Shown here one piece after another: positions 8,301-16,554 of a stretch of DNA of 64,000 bases; position 1 is the stretch's first letter, and every line of letters starts with the position of its first letter. Source of the stretch: a virus. The notes below the pieces were generated by a model. It saw only the letters and a program-made list of their open reading frames with translations. It searched no databases and was not told where the DNA came from. Location of the stretch: the IMG/VR virus record IMGVR_UViG_3300045988_170206, positions 64,001 through 128,000 of that record. One strand, given 5' to 3'. The position numbers were made by a program, and so were the translations under genes.

Positions 8301-9895
8301 CTCTTGAGGAGGGCGCGGACGACGGCGGTGAGCATGGCTTGCAGGCTCTTCTTGACTTCGCGTTCGCGGTAGGTGTCCCAGGAGGATGCGTCGCTGTGGC
8401 GGGGGTAGAGGTCTTGCGCGCCGTCGTTGGACTCTCGTCCAAAGGCATACTCGAGCATCTTGTAGGGGAAGTAGAAGCGTGTGCCGTTGGGGTAGGTGTT
8501 GCCCTGGCGGTCCTTCCCGTTAATCAGGATCTCGGCGATCTCGTTGATGTTTCTCGTCGGCATGGGGGTCAAGTGCTGCGCTGCTTGGATCTGTTCCCAG
8601 AGGCGCAGGAGGACGAGGTTGTGGGTGCGCTGGTAGGCGCGTCCGTCGGAGGAGAGGGCCATGAGTCGGCCTTGGCCTTCTTCGTCGCAGGTGAGGACAC
8701 CGGCGGGCTGGAGGACGCTGTAGCCGGACTTGAAGATGCGGTCGTACTCGTCGAGGATGCTTTCGGCGCGGGCGACGATCTGGCCTTGGTAGAAGGTCAT
8801 GGCCTCTTCGGGCACGTTGTCGCCGGCGGTTTCACCATTGAGGGCTGCGAGTACCTTGTCGATGGTGATGTCGCGGGTGATCTTCTCGAAGCCCAGGTTC
8901 GTGCGCGCATCCTGGGGGAGGGAGGCGAGGTAGAGGGCGGCTGAGCGTTCGTCGCTGGCTGCGTCAAGGAGGATGCCGCGGCTTTGAGAGTTGACCTTGG
9001 AGGCGAGTGCCTTGTGGTTGGCGAGGGTTGGCCACCATCCTGGCTGCGTGTCGAGGTCGGTGAGGTCGCGACACTGGGAGGCCATCGCCGCCGTGTAGGG
9101 CTCGCCTTTTTCGAGGCTGGCTTTGAGAAGGGCCAGGATCTTGGTGTGGTGGGGGCTGGTCTCGAAGTCGTGGAGACGATCAGCGAGGTCGTCGCCGGGG
9201 GTGTCCTCGTCGGGCGCGGGGATGCGGGCGGGCGCGTCCGTGTCGGTGTCGTCGCGCATCTGCTCGCGCTTGGGGGCCTTGAGGGAGGACAGGTAGGTCT
9301 CGAGGGTACCGCCGATCTGGTCGGAGGCGTAGACGTTGGGGGCGAGCTGGTAGGACTCGACGACCTGCGCGAAGGGGCGCAGTTGCGTGTAGTGGCCGTG
9401 TGTGGCGAAGTCGGTGGCCAGAGCGAGGCGCGCGCCTTCGGGTGCGTCGGGGATGAGGGGGCGGGGGTCGCCTTTCGCGCCGGAATGGGCCGACATGTAG
9501 GCTTCGCGTTCGAGGCGCAGGCTCCGGGCGATCTGCTCGATGGGGGGCATGATGTCGTCGGGGATCTGGTAGTAGCCGCCAAGGCGCACGCCTTCACTGA
9601 ACATGCTTTCGACGTTGACTCCCTCGAACATGCTGGCGGGGGCGACGATGGCTTCGAGTGCGCCGAACTGCTTGTGGGAGAGGGCGCGCAGCGGAGACTT
9701 CGACGTGGAGGAAGGTTTCGTGGCGGCGCGCGTGAGCTCGCCCTTCGTTTTGCCGTGACGTTCCACGTACACGCCGTCATGGGCGATGATGAGGGTCTTG
9801 ACCGTGTTGGGGGTCCATGTCCCGTAGTCGGTGCCGTCGCCGTCGGTGATGTAGTGGCCTCCGAGGGCCTTGATGGTGTCGTCGTAGGTAGTCAC
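5315..9895 (-). CDS. very large FtsK/SpoIIIE(HerA)-like P-loop protein (1526 aa), putative DNA translocase
   Basis: ILGIGLDDDVVTTGKEIRQFNDHTSHGIFAGSRSGKGLTTQTI matches the FtsK-type pre-Walker-A plus Walker A layout. ICIVFDEIS is Walker B, and RSRVFMIGQDP resembles the FtsK RxG..QRP segment. There is a proline-rich tract (PIPPVPPPPPMPPAP) and a hydrophobic C-terminus. Confidence 0.55.
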   Translation of the reverse strand: MTTYDDTIKALGGHYITDGDGTDYGTWTPNTVKTLIIAHDGVYVERHGKTKGELTRAATKPSSTSKSPLRALSHKQFGALEAIVAPASMFEGVNVESMFSEGVRLGGYYQIPDDIMPPIEQIARSLRLEREAYMSAHSGAKGDPRPLIPDAPEGARLALATDFATHGHYTQLRPFAQVVESYQLAPNVYASDQIGGTLETYLSSLKAPKREQMRDDTDTDAPARIPAPDEDTPGDDLADRLHDFETSPHHTKILALLKASLEKGEPYTAAMASQCRDLTDLDTQPGWWPTLANHKALASKVNSQSRGILLDAASDERSAALYLASLPQDARTNLGFEKITRDITIDKVLAALNGETAGDNVPEEAMTFYQGQIVARAESILDEYDRIFKSGYSVLQPAGVLTCDEEGQGRLMALSSDGRAYQRTHNLVLLRLWEQIQAAQHLTPMPTRNINEIAEILINGKDRQGNTYPNGTRFYFPYKMLEYAFGRESNDGAQDLYPRHSDASSWDTYREREVKKSLQAMLTAVVRALLKSEADNGLAYHDPSMMTKVVGALESIYKAMTTCVLVSAYDNSPSNIPVKVKVRVLTPYEGFSENIVERAIVEALGFAGGTTAQNYDPINEGIFWEFRHDMDKVLANASPVWAGKILDAMQRQGRKPSASNMILGIGLDDDVVTTGKEIRQFNDHTSHGIFAGSRSGKGLTTQTILAMHLIAGIAPGLGDNKPDMASLLLSINPDAFVINGSNIASNPEEGTDMFMQYTAAKVAELEARAHIPEYLNKNNLAWAPGYTGTLGTVVYLRYMILALGMLAARTISPEIAEQLGGKDGICIVFDEISNTNQQIQTFFQSNMQGHMCYTNYESEWVAWEQSDFDDKKKPKQEVNPGELWFTSMYFMMRRSFEKLSQLRNAGFNNAEAKRSRVFMIGQDPVNPVTDIGQFFPAGKPLNASTKNISIPFKEADNFIYSYASIGKTDVLIGHHPGRNYLNQLTPGSYASDKLSSTMRCFAYLPGFSGDNIHKIMNGDESVARTATYLRPGLLFADGSEDGYCWNNSISYMKSAGVDVEAVRRDVSTDTGELDPSLGFEGYLAKAGVTREQAAATLQKLSDAANLTVRKLGYEGTWQEWVSDLRPQWIASVEDIYNVFQGYEYDPQSVTLFRHVYPQAFESEDTNSGFALAGSDAEEWDMSGLTGDDDKPAAERAASDTQDAHTAIPQPPTVATPTAPIPPVPPPPPMPPAPTVPDMDDTTDPNADRMAMPDEPDAPAPTWDYSTSPVRPTTGGGYEFNTSTPRTITPTEMTPDAVQAALYADMNEWAGTWARVKRVGVVGETIIMNGVAYRTQVTDDWRNNQVIPPYMTDAIRSSNIAPIMNWTVLREMPNLRRLSFDSWDFYCSYVCPDLGYKPDSSISQLFADMPLLQHISIEGEEFDRQTWSTINGTPSGVRRYDEMQRAMSAATHILSTGQRNASDYTRKTWQRTDLGGLSKTWRITAGLTGTLAMGAANVASRGVRSLASMIGGGIANYRQQMKNKEQA

Positions 9896-10089
9896 GAGGA
9901 CTCTACCTTTCCGTTGTGGTCGCAGGTGTTCAGTGTGTGAGTGTTAGTGCTGGCGGGATGGTGCCCGTAATGCAGGGCACCCCCACCCATCGAGCGCTTG
10001 TCTCGCTGGTTGCGTCACCTGGTGGCAATAGGTGGCGTTCTCGGCGAGGGGCGTATCGGGGTGAGGGTGCGGCCTGTGGGGGACTGGGG

Positions 10090-10248
10090 TCACCAGTCGG
10101 AGCCACCTCCAGCGGAAGCGGTAGCGATGTCGCTGCGACCTTCGGCGCGGATTTTGCTGCGCTCGACTGCGCGACCGACCTTGTAGCCGATGAAGGCGGG
10201 AACGCCAATGACGGCGATGATGGCGAGGATTGTGAGGGCCAAGTGCAT
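10090..10248 (-). CDS. small membrane protein (52 aa)
   Basis: Own translation: MHLALTILAIIAVIGVPAFIGYKVGRAVERSKIRAEGRSDIATASAGGGSDW. It has one clear TM helix and AAAGGA upstream. It is below the ORF-track length cutoff. Confidence 0.45.
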   Translation of the reverse strand: MHLALTILAIIAVIGVPAFIGYKVGRAVERSKIRAEGRSDIATASAGGGSDW

Positions 10249-10272
10249 GATGGGTCCTTTGCTTGGTTGGGG

Positions 10273-10526
10273 TTAGGCTACGACGAGTGCCGCGGCCTTT
10301 TCGATGCGGTCGGGGCGGAACCCGCCCCAGGTCTCCAGGATAGCGCCGTCCCCACTGCGGACTGCGACGACAGGCGCTTGGCTGTATCCGAGGCCCTTGA
10401 TGAGGTTGAGGGAGTCCTCATCCTTGGTGACATCAACGGACTCGTGGCCACGCCCAGCTTCTTGAGCTTCCTGTAGGTCGCGTCGCACTGGGGGCAGCGG
10501 GGCTTGGAGTAGACGGTGATCGACAT
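10273..10526 (-). pseudogene. nrdH: NrdH-type glutaredoxin-like protein interrupted by a 1-nt frameshift
   Basis: The N-terminus MSITVYSKPRCPQCDATYRKLKKLG (CxxC) is in one frame. HESVDVTKDEDSLNLIKGLGYSQAPVVAVRSGDGAILETWGGFRPDRI (the NrdH WxGFRPD signature) is in the adjacent frame. The switch lies within 10446-10455. Confidence 0.75.
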
Positions 10527-10761
10527 GAGTGGTTCCTTCCTATCCCCACGGTGGGGGCTTGGGTTTGGTCTTCTGGGTTACGAGTATCCATCGTGGGGAG
10601 CGTCATGAGTGTAGCGGCGCACCCAAGGGTGGACATGTGCCCATCATGCCACACAAACTCAGACGTGCACGAACTGGACAGGCCATTCGCAGCGTAAATG
10701 TGCGAGATGCCTAGACGTTCTGTGCTGTTAGGCGCAGATATGTTGCCTCAGAGGTGAGGGG

Positions 10762-10859
10762 GTAGTCCAAGTTTTGGATGACGTTCACCACCCAAGCAGG
10801 TCACTTTTTCGGGGGGGGGTAGTCCAAGTTTGAGACGACCCCGTAGTCCAAGTTCTGGA
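10762..10859 (+). promoter_or_regulatory. three direct copies of GTAGTCCAAGTTnnGGA/GAGA in a divergent intergenic region (operator/promoter candidate)
   Basis: Copies at 10762-10778, 10819-10835 and 10843-10859. They lie between the minus-strand nrdH operon and the plus-strand HTH gene at 11059. The second copy is preceded by a G9 run. Confidence 0.6.
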
Positions 10860-11058
10860 CGTAAACGTATATAGAAACCATTGAAGATAAAGAACTACCC
10901 CCTCTAGTCCCCCAAGCCGTTCACGCGAGGCTGTCCAAAGCGCATGGCTGGTTGAGCAGGCGCGCGCTTCGCGCACGCGAGCGAGAGACACACGTAGTTG
11001 AATTGCACACAAAGGGAGGTGTGTGTAGACTGACGATCACCAGAAAGGAAGGAGCAAC

Positions 11059-11499
11059 ATGCTTACCACCGACCCCGTTATCCAGGCAGGCGTACTCGCC
11101 ACACGCGAGTGCATGATCCCCGGAAGAGCCCGAATCAAGCACTCTGTCCAGTGCTTCCTCCGAGAGCTCATGAGGGAATGGCCTACTGACGAAAGCGAAG
11201 ATCTCCTCTTCAGCATCACCGCCGCCTCTAAGCGCGTTGGCCTCGACCGCTCCGTCCTGTATGTCGGACGGCGCAACCTCGTCGCTGACGACGCGATACG
11301 TTTCCGCCAGCGCGAAGACGGCGGCATCGTCTACTACGTGGACTGGGCCAAGATCGTCAACGCTTACGGTATGAAGCGTCTTGGCGTTCAGGCTCACGGC
11401 GAGTCTCACTCGTTCGAGTCTGCGGGGTGTCCCAAGGAGCCTTGCACCCCGGAGCCGGACCCGAAACAGCACAAGCGCTCATCCAAGAAGGGAGAATGA
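11059..11499 (+). CDS. HTH DNA-binding protein (146 aa)
   Basis: FSITAASKRVGLDRSVLYVGRRNL is a typical helix-turn-helix. GGAAGGAG lies upstream of the ATG. It is the first gene of the rightward operon. Confidence 0.65.
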   Translation: MLTTDPVIQAGVLATRECMIPGRARIKHSVQCFLRELMREWPTDESEDLLFSITAASKRVGLDRSVLYVGRRNLVADDAIRFRQREDGGIVYYVDWAKIVNAYGMKRLGVQAHGESHSFESAGCPKEPCTPEPDPKQHKRSSKKGE

Positions 11500-11502
11500 G
11501 CG

Positions 11503-12138
11503 ATGTCTAGCTTCGAAGAGTGCAACGCGCAGCTCGCAGCACCCAAGCGCACGGGGGAAGATAGCCCCCTGTACGGTCTGGGAGCTGTGTCCCACCCGGC
11601 CATCGCAGTCATCCATTTCGACCCGCTGCTGGAGCACAAGCTCACGCGCAAAGAGAGGGCCTTCATGGTCTGGTTCTTCACGCGCTGGAACGATCCCTAC
11701 GTTGAGTACGACGTTGAGGGGATCATGAAGCTGACAAACATGAAGCGCGATGAAGTGCACATGACTCTCTACAACCTGTGCGCGCGCGACATCATCCGCA
11801 TGAAGGCCATGCAGCGGAAGGATGACGAGACAAAGGTTGCGGTCTTCCTGTACTTCGAGCCCTCCCACCTTTTCGTGCCCGAAGCTGTGAACCTGGCTGG
11901 CTGCTTCAATGGGTGTGTCCACTCGTTCTCCGAGTGGGTTGACCCCGCACGACCAGTCACCCTCGAAGAGATCGAAGCGTCACTGCCTACCTACGAGTGG
12001 ATCGATCCGCGCAACATGAAGTGGCTTCAAGCCCAGCGCGAGAAGGGGAGCAACCAGACCCGAACGCAGAAACGTCTTGCTTTCGAGGCTCAGGCCAAGA
12101 AGGACGAAGCCGGGGCGGAAACCCGGACGCAGAAGTAA
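11503..12138 (+). CDS. hypothetical protein, possible winged-helix (211 aa)
   Basis: Long ORF 3 nt after the previous stop. The central segment (IMKLTNMKRDEVHMTLYNLCARDIIRMK) is wHTH-like. A hairpin terminator follows. Confidence 0.6.
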   Translation: MSSFEECNAQLAAPKRTGEDSPLYGLGAVSHPAIAVIHFDPLLEHKLTRKERAFMVWFFTRWNDPYVEYDVEGIMKLTNMKRDEVHMTLYNLCARDIIRMKAMQRKDDETKVAVFLYFEPSHLFVPEAVNLAGCFNGCVHSFSEWVDPARPVTLEEIEASLPTYEWIDPRNMKWLQAQREKGSNQTRTQKRLAFEAQAKKDEAGAETRTQK

Positions 12139-12143
12139 AAGCA

Positions 12144-12173
12144 AGAGGGGGAACCCCTTGAGGCTCCCCCTCT
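12144..12173 (+). terminator. hairpin (AGAGGGGGA ... TCCCCCTCT)
   Basis: 9-bp perfect stem with a 12-nt loop, directly after the stop at 12138. There is no clear U tract. Confidence 0.5.
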
Positions 12174-12214
12174 CTCATAGAAAGATAGCTATATTGTATC
12201 AGCTTTTTGACGGA

Positions 12215-13642
12215 ATGCACGTGTCTGCACTCCACGCTGCCGTCAACTTCCGCAAGCACCTCAAGGTGGACCTGAGTCGCAGGGAAGTTCTGACACTCAT
12301 GGCGCTGTTCACCTTCTGGCAGTGCAAGATCATCAGCCCCTCCTACAACCTCCTCCTCGAGCGGTGTGTTGGCGCAAAGCGCTCCACGATGTTCACCGCC
12401 ATGAAGTCCCTCGAGGACCGAGGCCTCCTCATTCGACGCTCGTTCCTGGATCGCAAGGACGGGTCGCGCCACGTCGTGTTCTTCCTGGACCTCCCTGGGA
12501 TCTTCACCGACGAATGCTGCGCGCAGCTCGACTCCGATCCCAAGTCGCCGATCACGACCCGTCACACCATCGAAGTGGGGCGAACTGCCAGCACTGAGGA
12601 AATCCTCGCCATGGTCACGTTCGCTGACGTGTCCCAGTGGCAGGAAATCGACTGCAAGCTGACACGTAGGAAGCTGCCACTAGGTAACTTCGACGACCTA
12701 AGCGGCTTCCTCCTGCCCTGCCCGGACAACTTTCCTGTGCACGAAGAGGAAGAGCCAAAGCCGGAGCTGTGCGTCGCAGTCAGCGACAACCAAGGCGATC
12801 TCTTCGACATGCTGCACGAAGCGAAGACACAGGAAACCAGCAACAAGGCCGCGGCAACGCATGGCACGGAAGACCAAGGCGCATATGGCACGTTGTGGCC
12901 TACTGCCGCCACCATCCCTGGCGGCTCAGTGTGGACCCCTGCCGACGTGGAGGACACGTCCACGGTGCCCGCTACTCCAGCAGCGGGAGAGAGCGTCCAG
13001 GAGCGCGCTGAGCGCATCATCCGCGACCATCCTGGCGACGACATGATCGATGCTGAGATCATCGACGTGGAGATCGTCGAAGACGAAACCCCCTCGGACG
13101 CGCTGATCGACGTTCCCGCGTCCCAGGAGCTCGCCATCGCCACCCCTGCGGTGCCCGTGAAGGCCAAGAAGCAGACCGGCTACACCGATGACTTTGAGAA
13201 CTTCTGGCGCACCTACCCGCGCCGCATCGAGAAGAAGTCCGCCTTCAAGGCATGGAAGACTGCGCTCAAGAGCGGAGCAACCGCCGACGAGATCACCGCA
13301 GGCGCAGCCCGCTACGCCAAGTACCGCGCAGGCGAACCCGAGCGCTTCACAAAGCACCCCTCGACCTGGCTCAACCAGGGATGCTGGGAGGACGAGTACT
13401 CGACCGCCGGCATCGGCTACGGATACAACGGCGGCAACGGCACTGGCCTCGTTGCTCGCACACCAGAGGAGGCCGAATACCTCCGCCAGCTCGACAACTC
13501 CTGCTCGGAGATGTTCTACCGCAGCCTCGGCTTCAACAGCGCTGAGGAATACGTTGAGTACCAGCGAGGAATCGCCGAACTCAACGCCCGAGAAGCCGAA
13601 GCTGCATACGCCGAAGCCGCAGCCCGACGCATCGCTTTCTGA
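12215..13642 (+). CDS. winged-helix (MarR/Rep-like) protein with a phage replisome-organizer-like C-terminal domain
   Basis: The N-terminus (KRSTMFTAMKSLEDRGLLIRRSFLDRKDGSRHVVFFL) is wHTH-like. The C-terminus (FENFWRTYPRRIEKKSAFKAWKTAL...HPSTWLNQGCWEDE) matches a module I recall from actinophage replication-region proteins. ORF 12077.. is trimmed to the ATG at 12215, after the terminator. Confidence 0.6.
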   Translation: MHVSALHAAVNFRKHLKVDLSRREVLTLMALFTFWQCKIISPSYNLLLERCVGAKRSTMFTAMKSLEDRGLLIRRSFLDRKDGSRHVVFFLDLPGIFTDECCAQLDSDPKSPITTRHTIEVGRTASTEEILAMVTFADVSQWQEIDCKLTRRKLPLGNFDDLSGFLLPCPDNFPVHEEEEPKPELCVAVSDNQGDLFDMLHEAKTQETSNKAAATHGTEDQGAYGTLWPTAATIPGGSVWTPADVEDTSTVPATPAAGESVQERAERIIRDHPGDDMIDAEIIDVEIVEDETPSDALIDVPASQELAIATPAVPVKAKKQTGYTDDFENFWRTYPRRIEKKSAFKAWKTALKSGATADEITAGAARYAKYRAGEPERFTKHPSTWLNQGCWEDEYSTAGIGYGYNGGNGTGLVARTPEEAEYLRQLDNSCSEMFYRSLGFNSAEEYVEYQRGIAELNAREAEAAYAEAAARRIAF

Positions 13643-13660
13643 CCCCGAAAAGAGCCTCCA

Positions 13661-14464
13661 ATGCCGAACTTCTCATACGACACGCTCGCGAAACTCATGA
13701 AGCGAGCCATCGACACCAACCAGCTGGCCTCGAAACCGAACAGCCCCCAGGAGTTCCCCCAATTCGTCGCATCCTGGGCGGAACTCATCCTCCCCTGCGC
13801 CACAGACAAGAACCTCCAGGAAGCCTTCGCAGCAGTGGTCGGAGGCCAGTACGGCCCCTACAAGATCAGCGTGGCAGCACTCAACCAAGCTATCCGCGAA
13901 GCCCGCTCGAAGCGCGTGAGAGACTGGCTAGAGCGCTCGCGCATCGCCATTGACTTCCAGCCGCCCTACGAGCGGGAACTCCTCTACGAGAAGGTCTTCT
14001 ACGACTGCATCGCCGGCGGTGGCAGCGACACAGCAGCCGACCAATATGGCAGGCAGGCACTCGAGCGCGCCAACGAGTACTTCGCAACAAACAGCAAGAT
14101 CACCTGGCGCGACATCCTTGACCAGACAGAAGCGAGCCTGAAAGCAGGCTCATTCCGCCGCCCCGAACTCGCCCTCCCATCAAGCCGCACAAAGGACAAC
14201 TACCTCGTCTCCGCGCGCGACATCGTGACCATGATCCCCGAAGCGGGACAGAAGCGACAGCTGACAGCAGGCACCCAGACCGCCAGCAATGAGCCTGTGG
14301 AACGTCCTCGTGCCGTCCAGGCAGCTATCGAAGCAGCCCGACGCAAGATGAGCCTCCATGCAGCAGAAGAACGCCGCAAGCAGGAACGCCTGCGCCAGAA
14401 CCTTGACGGACGCTTCCAGCGCCTTACAGGCATCGACCCCACCACCATCGAACCACAACGATAA
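13661..14464 (+). CDS. hypothetical protein (267 aa)
   Basis: Long ORF with ordinary composition in operon context. No motif recognised. Confidence 0.65.
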   Translation: MPNFSYDTLAKLMKRAIDTNQLASKPNSPQEFPQFVASWAELILPCATDKNLQEAFAAVVGGQYGPYKISVAALNQAIREARSKRVRDWLERSRIAIDFQPPYERELLYEKVFYDCIAGGGSDTAADQYGRQALERANEYFATNSKITWRDILDQTEASLKAGSFRRPELALPSSRTKDNYLVSARDIVTMIPEAGQKRQLTAGTQTASNEPVERPRAVQAAIEAARRKMSLHAAEERRKQERLRQNLDGRFQRLTGIDPTTIEPQR

Positions 14465-14477
14465 GAAATCGCACACC

Positions 14478-14873
14478 ATGAACTCCCAGATCGCCCTCCT
14501 CAACATCACCTTTGGAATGCTTGTATGCCTAGTGTGGCATCCCCTGCTCGCATCTCCCTCCTTGTGGAGGAAACGCAAGAATCTGAGCGAAGAACAACGC
14601 GCTAGACTGTATTTCACGCGAGCGCTGGCCATTATCGCCGTACTCGGTCTAGCCCACATGTTGAGTGTAGTAACCCTAGGGTGGTCATCTGCGCATGAGC
14701 TGCTGTCGGCTAAAAGCTACACGCTTCTCATTACTGCGGCGGGCATTTCCTCGTGCATTGTTGGATCATGGATGCTCCTAATTCAACGGAAGCGCGAAAC
14801 CCCCGAATATGACGGGCGATCCTTTATCGCCATTGGGCTGTTCATCCTCGTCACAAACTTCCTCATCTCCTGA
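14478..14873 (+). CDS. membrane protein (131 aa, ~4 TM)
   Basis: ORF 14358.. trimmed to the ATG at 14478. There are several hydrophobic segments. It is locally less GC-rich than its neighbours. Confidence 0.6.
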   Translation: MNSQIALLNITFGMLVCLVWHPLLASPSLWRKRKNLSEEQRARLYFTRALAIIAVLGLAHMLSVVTLGWSSAHELLSAKSYTLLITAAGISSCIVGSWMLLIQRKRETPEYDGRSFIAIGLFILVTNFLIS

Positions 14874-14894
14874 CACGCCCCCGGAAGGACCAAC

Positions 14895-15959
14895 ATGAAC
14901 ACCCAGGAAATCACGCTGGACCACAACAGCGACGACGGCCTCTACACGAAACTCCTACGAGGCCGCTACGTTACCAGCGTCGAAGGCAGCATCATCACTC
15001 TCGACGACGGGACAGAACTCCACATCTACGGCAACGAAGGATGCGGCGGCTGCTCGAGCGGCTGGTACTGGCTCGAAGAAACCTTCAAGCGCGGCAACCG
15101 CAAGGCCCGTATCATGAGCGCCTACGTAGCCTACAGTGAGGACAGGACAGAAGACGAACCTGCCAGATCCGTCTACACGATCTTCGTGCTGGTGGACGGC
15201 AACCCCACCCAGCTTCCCCTCGCGACCGTGCGGGGCACCGACGGCAACGGCTACTACGGCACCGGCTTCACGCTCACCGCCACCATCCAAAAGCCCCCGA
15301 CAGTGACCGCCACGGTCACGTCACGGGACATCATCAACGCGCTCGTGGACGGGCAAACACCCTCTGATGTCCCTGACATCCGCAACCGTGAAGACCTCCT
15401 CAACGCCGTCGTCTACACGCTCCAGCAGACGCGGGGCTTCGACTCTCCTCTGCGCATCACCGGGCCAGAGGCCCAGCTTTTCCGCAAGCTGGCCTCTATT
15501 CAGTACGGAGACCGCGGCCCCTACTATGTGGGCGCATGGTATGGCTTCCACCAAACACTCCTCCTCTGGTTTGCCGACATGGAGGGAGGCCTATCCCTCG
15601 TCCTGCGCGACTTATCCAACGGAGCGGAAGGCTACGTGGCGAAACTACGCGACTTTACAGAACGAGTGCGCGCCTCCAAGGAGCCTATCAAGACCTTCGT
15701 CACCGGCTACGACTTGAAAGGCGACACAGCCACCGTCAACGGAGTCCGAGTGCCGGCCACCGACTTCCTCCTCTCCGAAGTCTGCGGCTTCCACGGCAAT
15801 CGCATCGGCTACGAGAGCACTTACATCCATGATTGGATCTTCTTCCGCTACGGCGCGCGCATCATCAAGCACCGTGCAGGCGGACGCGGAGACGTTACAA
15901 TCACCTCAGACACCCAGAGCGTTTGGGCAGTAAACCCCCAGAAAGGCATCGCATCATGA
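14895..15959 (+). CDS. hypothetical protein, paralog family A (NEGCGxCxSGWY N-domain; TVNGxRVPA C-module)
   Basis: Aligns along its full length by eye with 22551..23651, for example IITLDDGTELHIYGNEGCGGCSSGWY vs ITLDDGTILEVEGNEGCGWCRSGWY. Confidence 0.7.
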   Translation: MNTQEITLDHNSDDGLYTKLLRGRYVTSVEGSIITLDDGTELHIYGNEGCGGCSSGWYWLEETFKRGNRKARIMSAYVAYSEDRTEDEPARSVYTIFVLVDGNPTQLPLATVRGTDGNGYYGTGFTLTATIQKPPTVTATVTSRDIINALVDGQTPSDVPDIRNREDLLNAVVYTLQQTRGFDSPLRITGPEAQLFRKLASIQYGDRGPYYVGAWYGFHQTLLLWFADMEGGLSLVLRDLSNGAEGYVAKLRDFTERVRASKEPIKTFVTGYDLKGDTATVNGVRVPATDFLLSEVCGFHGNRIGYESTYIHDWIFFRYGARIIKHRAGGRGDVTITSDTQSVWAVNPQKGIAS

Positions 15960-16489
15960 CCAAGAAGACCCGCAGCAAGCACCGCGGCGCGCCACGTCGA
16001 GGAACCCCCCTCCGTGGCCTTGCCCGACTCGTCCGCCCACTCACCGCCATCATTGGTGTCGCCAGCGGCATCATGGCATCGTTCGCACTCGCGGACATGA
16101 ACCGAGCCATCAGCATCAACGACGCTGTACTCGCCTCACACCCCCCGCAGGACGCGACAACCACGATCCCTAACCCGCTCCCCGAGGGCACCATCACCGC
16201 TCTCGTCTCCTCCCACGCCGGTAGTGCGGGCTACAGCTCCACCGCCGGAGTCCTCATCGAACCTATCTGGCTCTTCCACCCACGCATGAGCTTCATCCTG
16301 GCACTCATCGCAGTCCTCGCGCTCGCATCCTGGATCACCAAACACAGCAGATGGAACACCCTCCCCTTCGTCCGCAAGTTCCACATCGAGGCCCCCAAAC
16401 CTCGCTGGTGGTGGGAGTTCACCGGCTACGCCGAAGTCTTCCTCCTCGTCAGCCTCACCGCCACCGTGATCTACACGCTCGGCAGATAG
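15956..16489 (+). CDS. membrane protein (177 aa)
   Basis: ATGA overlap with the previous gene. The N-terminus is basic, followed by at least 3 hydrophobic segments. Confidence 0.65.
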   Translation: MTKKTRSKHRGAPRRGTPLRGLARLVRPLTAIIGVASGIMASFALADMNRAISINDAVLASHPPQDATTTIPNPLPEGTITALVSSHAGSAGYSSTAGVLIEPIWLFHPRMSFILALIAVLALASWITKHSRWNTLPFVRKFHIEAPKPRWWWEFTGYAEVFLLVSLTATVIYTLGR

Positions 16490-16502
16490 CACTCAGCACG
16501 AC

Positions 16503-16545
16503 AAAGCGGCCCGGCACCCCACCATGGGGAACGCCGGGCCGCTTT
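16503..16545. terminator. bidirectional hairpin terminator between convergent genes
   Basis: 13-bp perfect stem AAAGCGGCCCGGC / GCCGGGCCGCTTT, with A/T runs on both sides. Confidence 0.75.
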
Positions 16546-16554
16546 CGTATGCGA

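Noticed and set aside
9959-9981. Hairpin GGTGCCC-gtaatgca-GGGCACC between the small TM gene and the FtsK-like gene
   Set aside because: It has only a 7-bp stem and no U tract, and it lies inside an apparent operon. That is too weak to call a terminator or regulatory element.
12077-12214. Upstream extension of the 521-aa ORF
   Set aside because: It overlaps the end of the previous gene and a strong hairpin terminator (12144-12173), and it is Arg/Lys/Pro-rich. The ATG at 12215 is more plausible.
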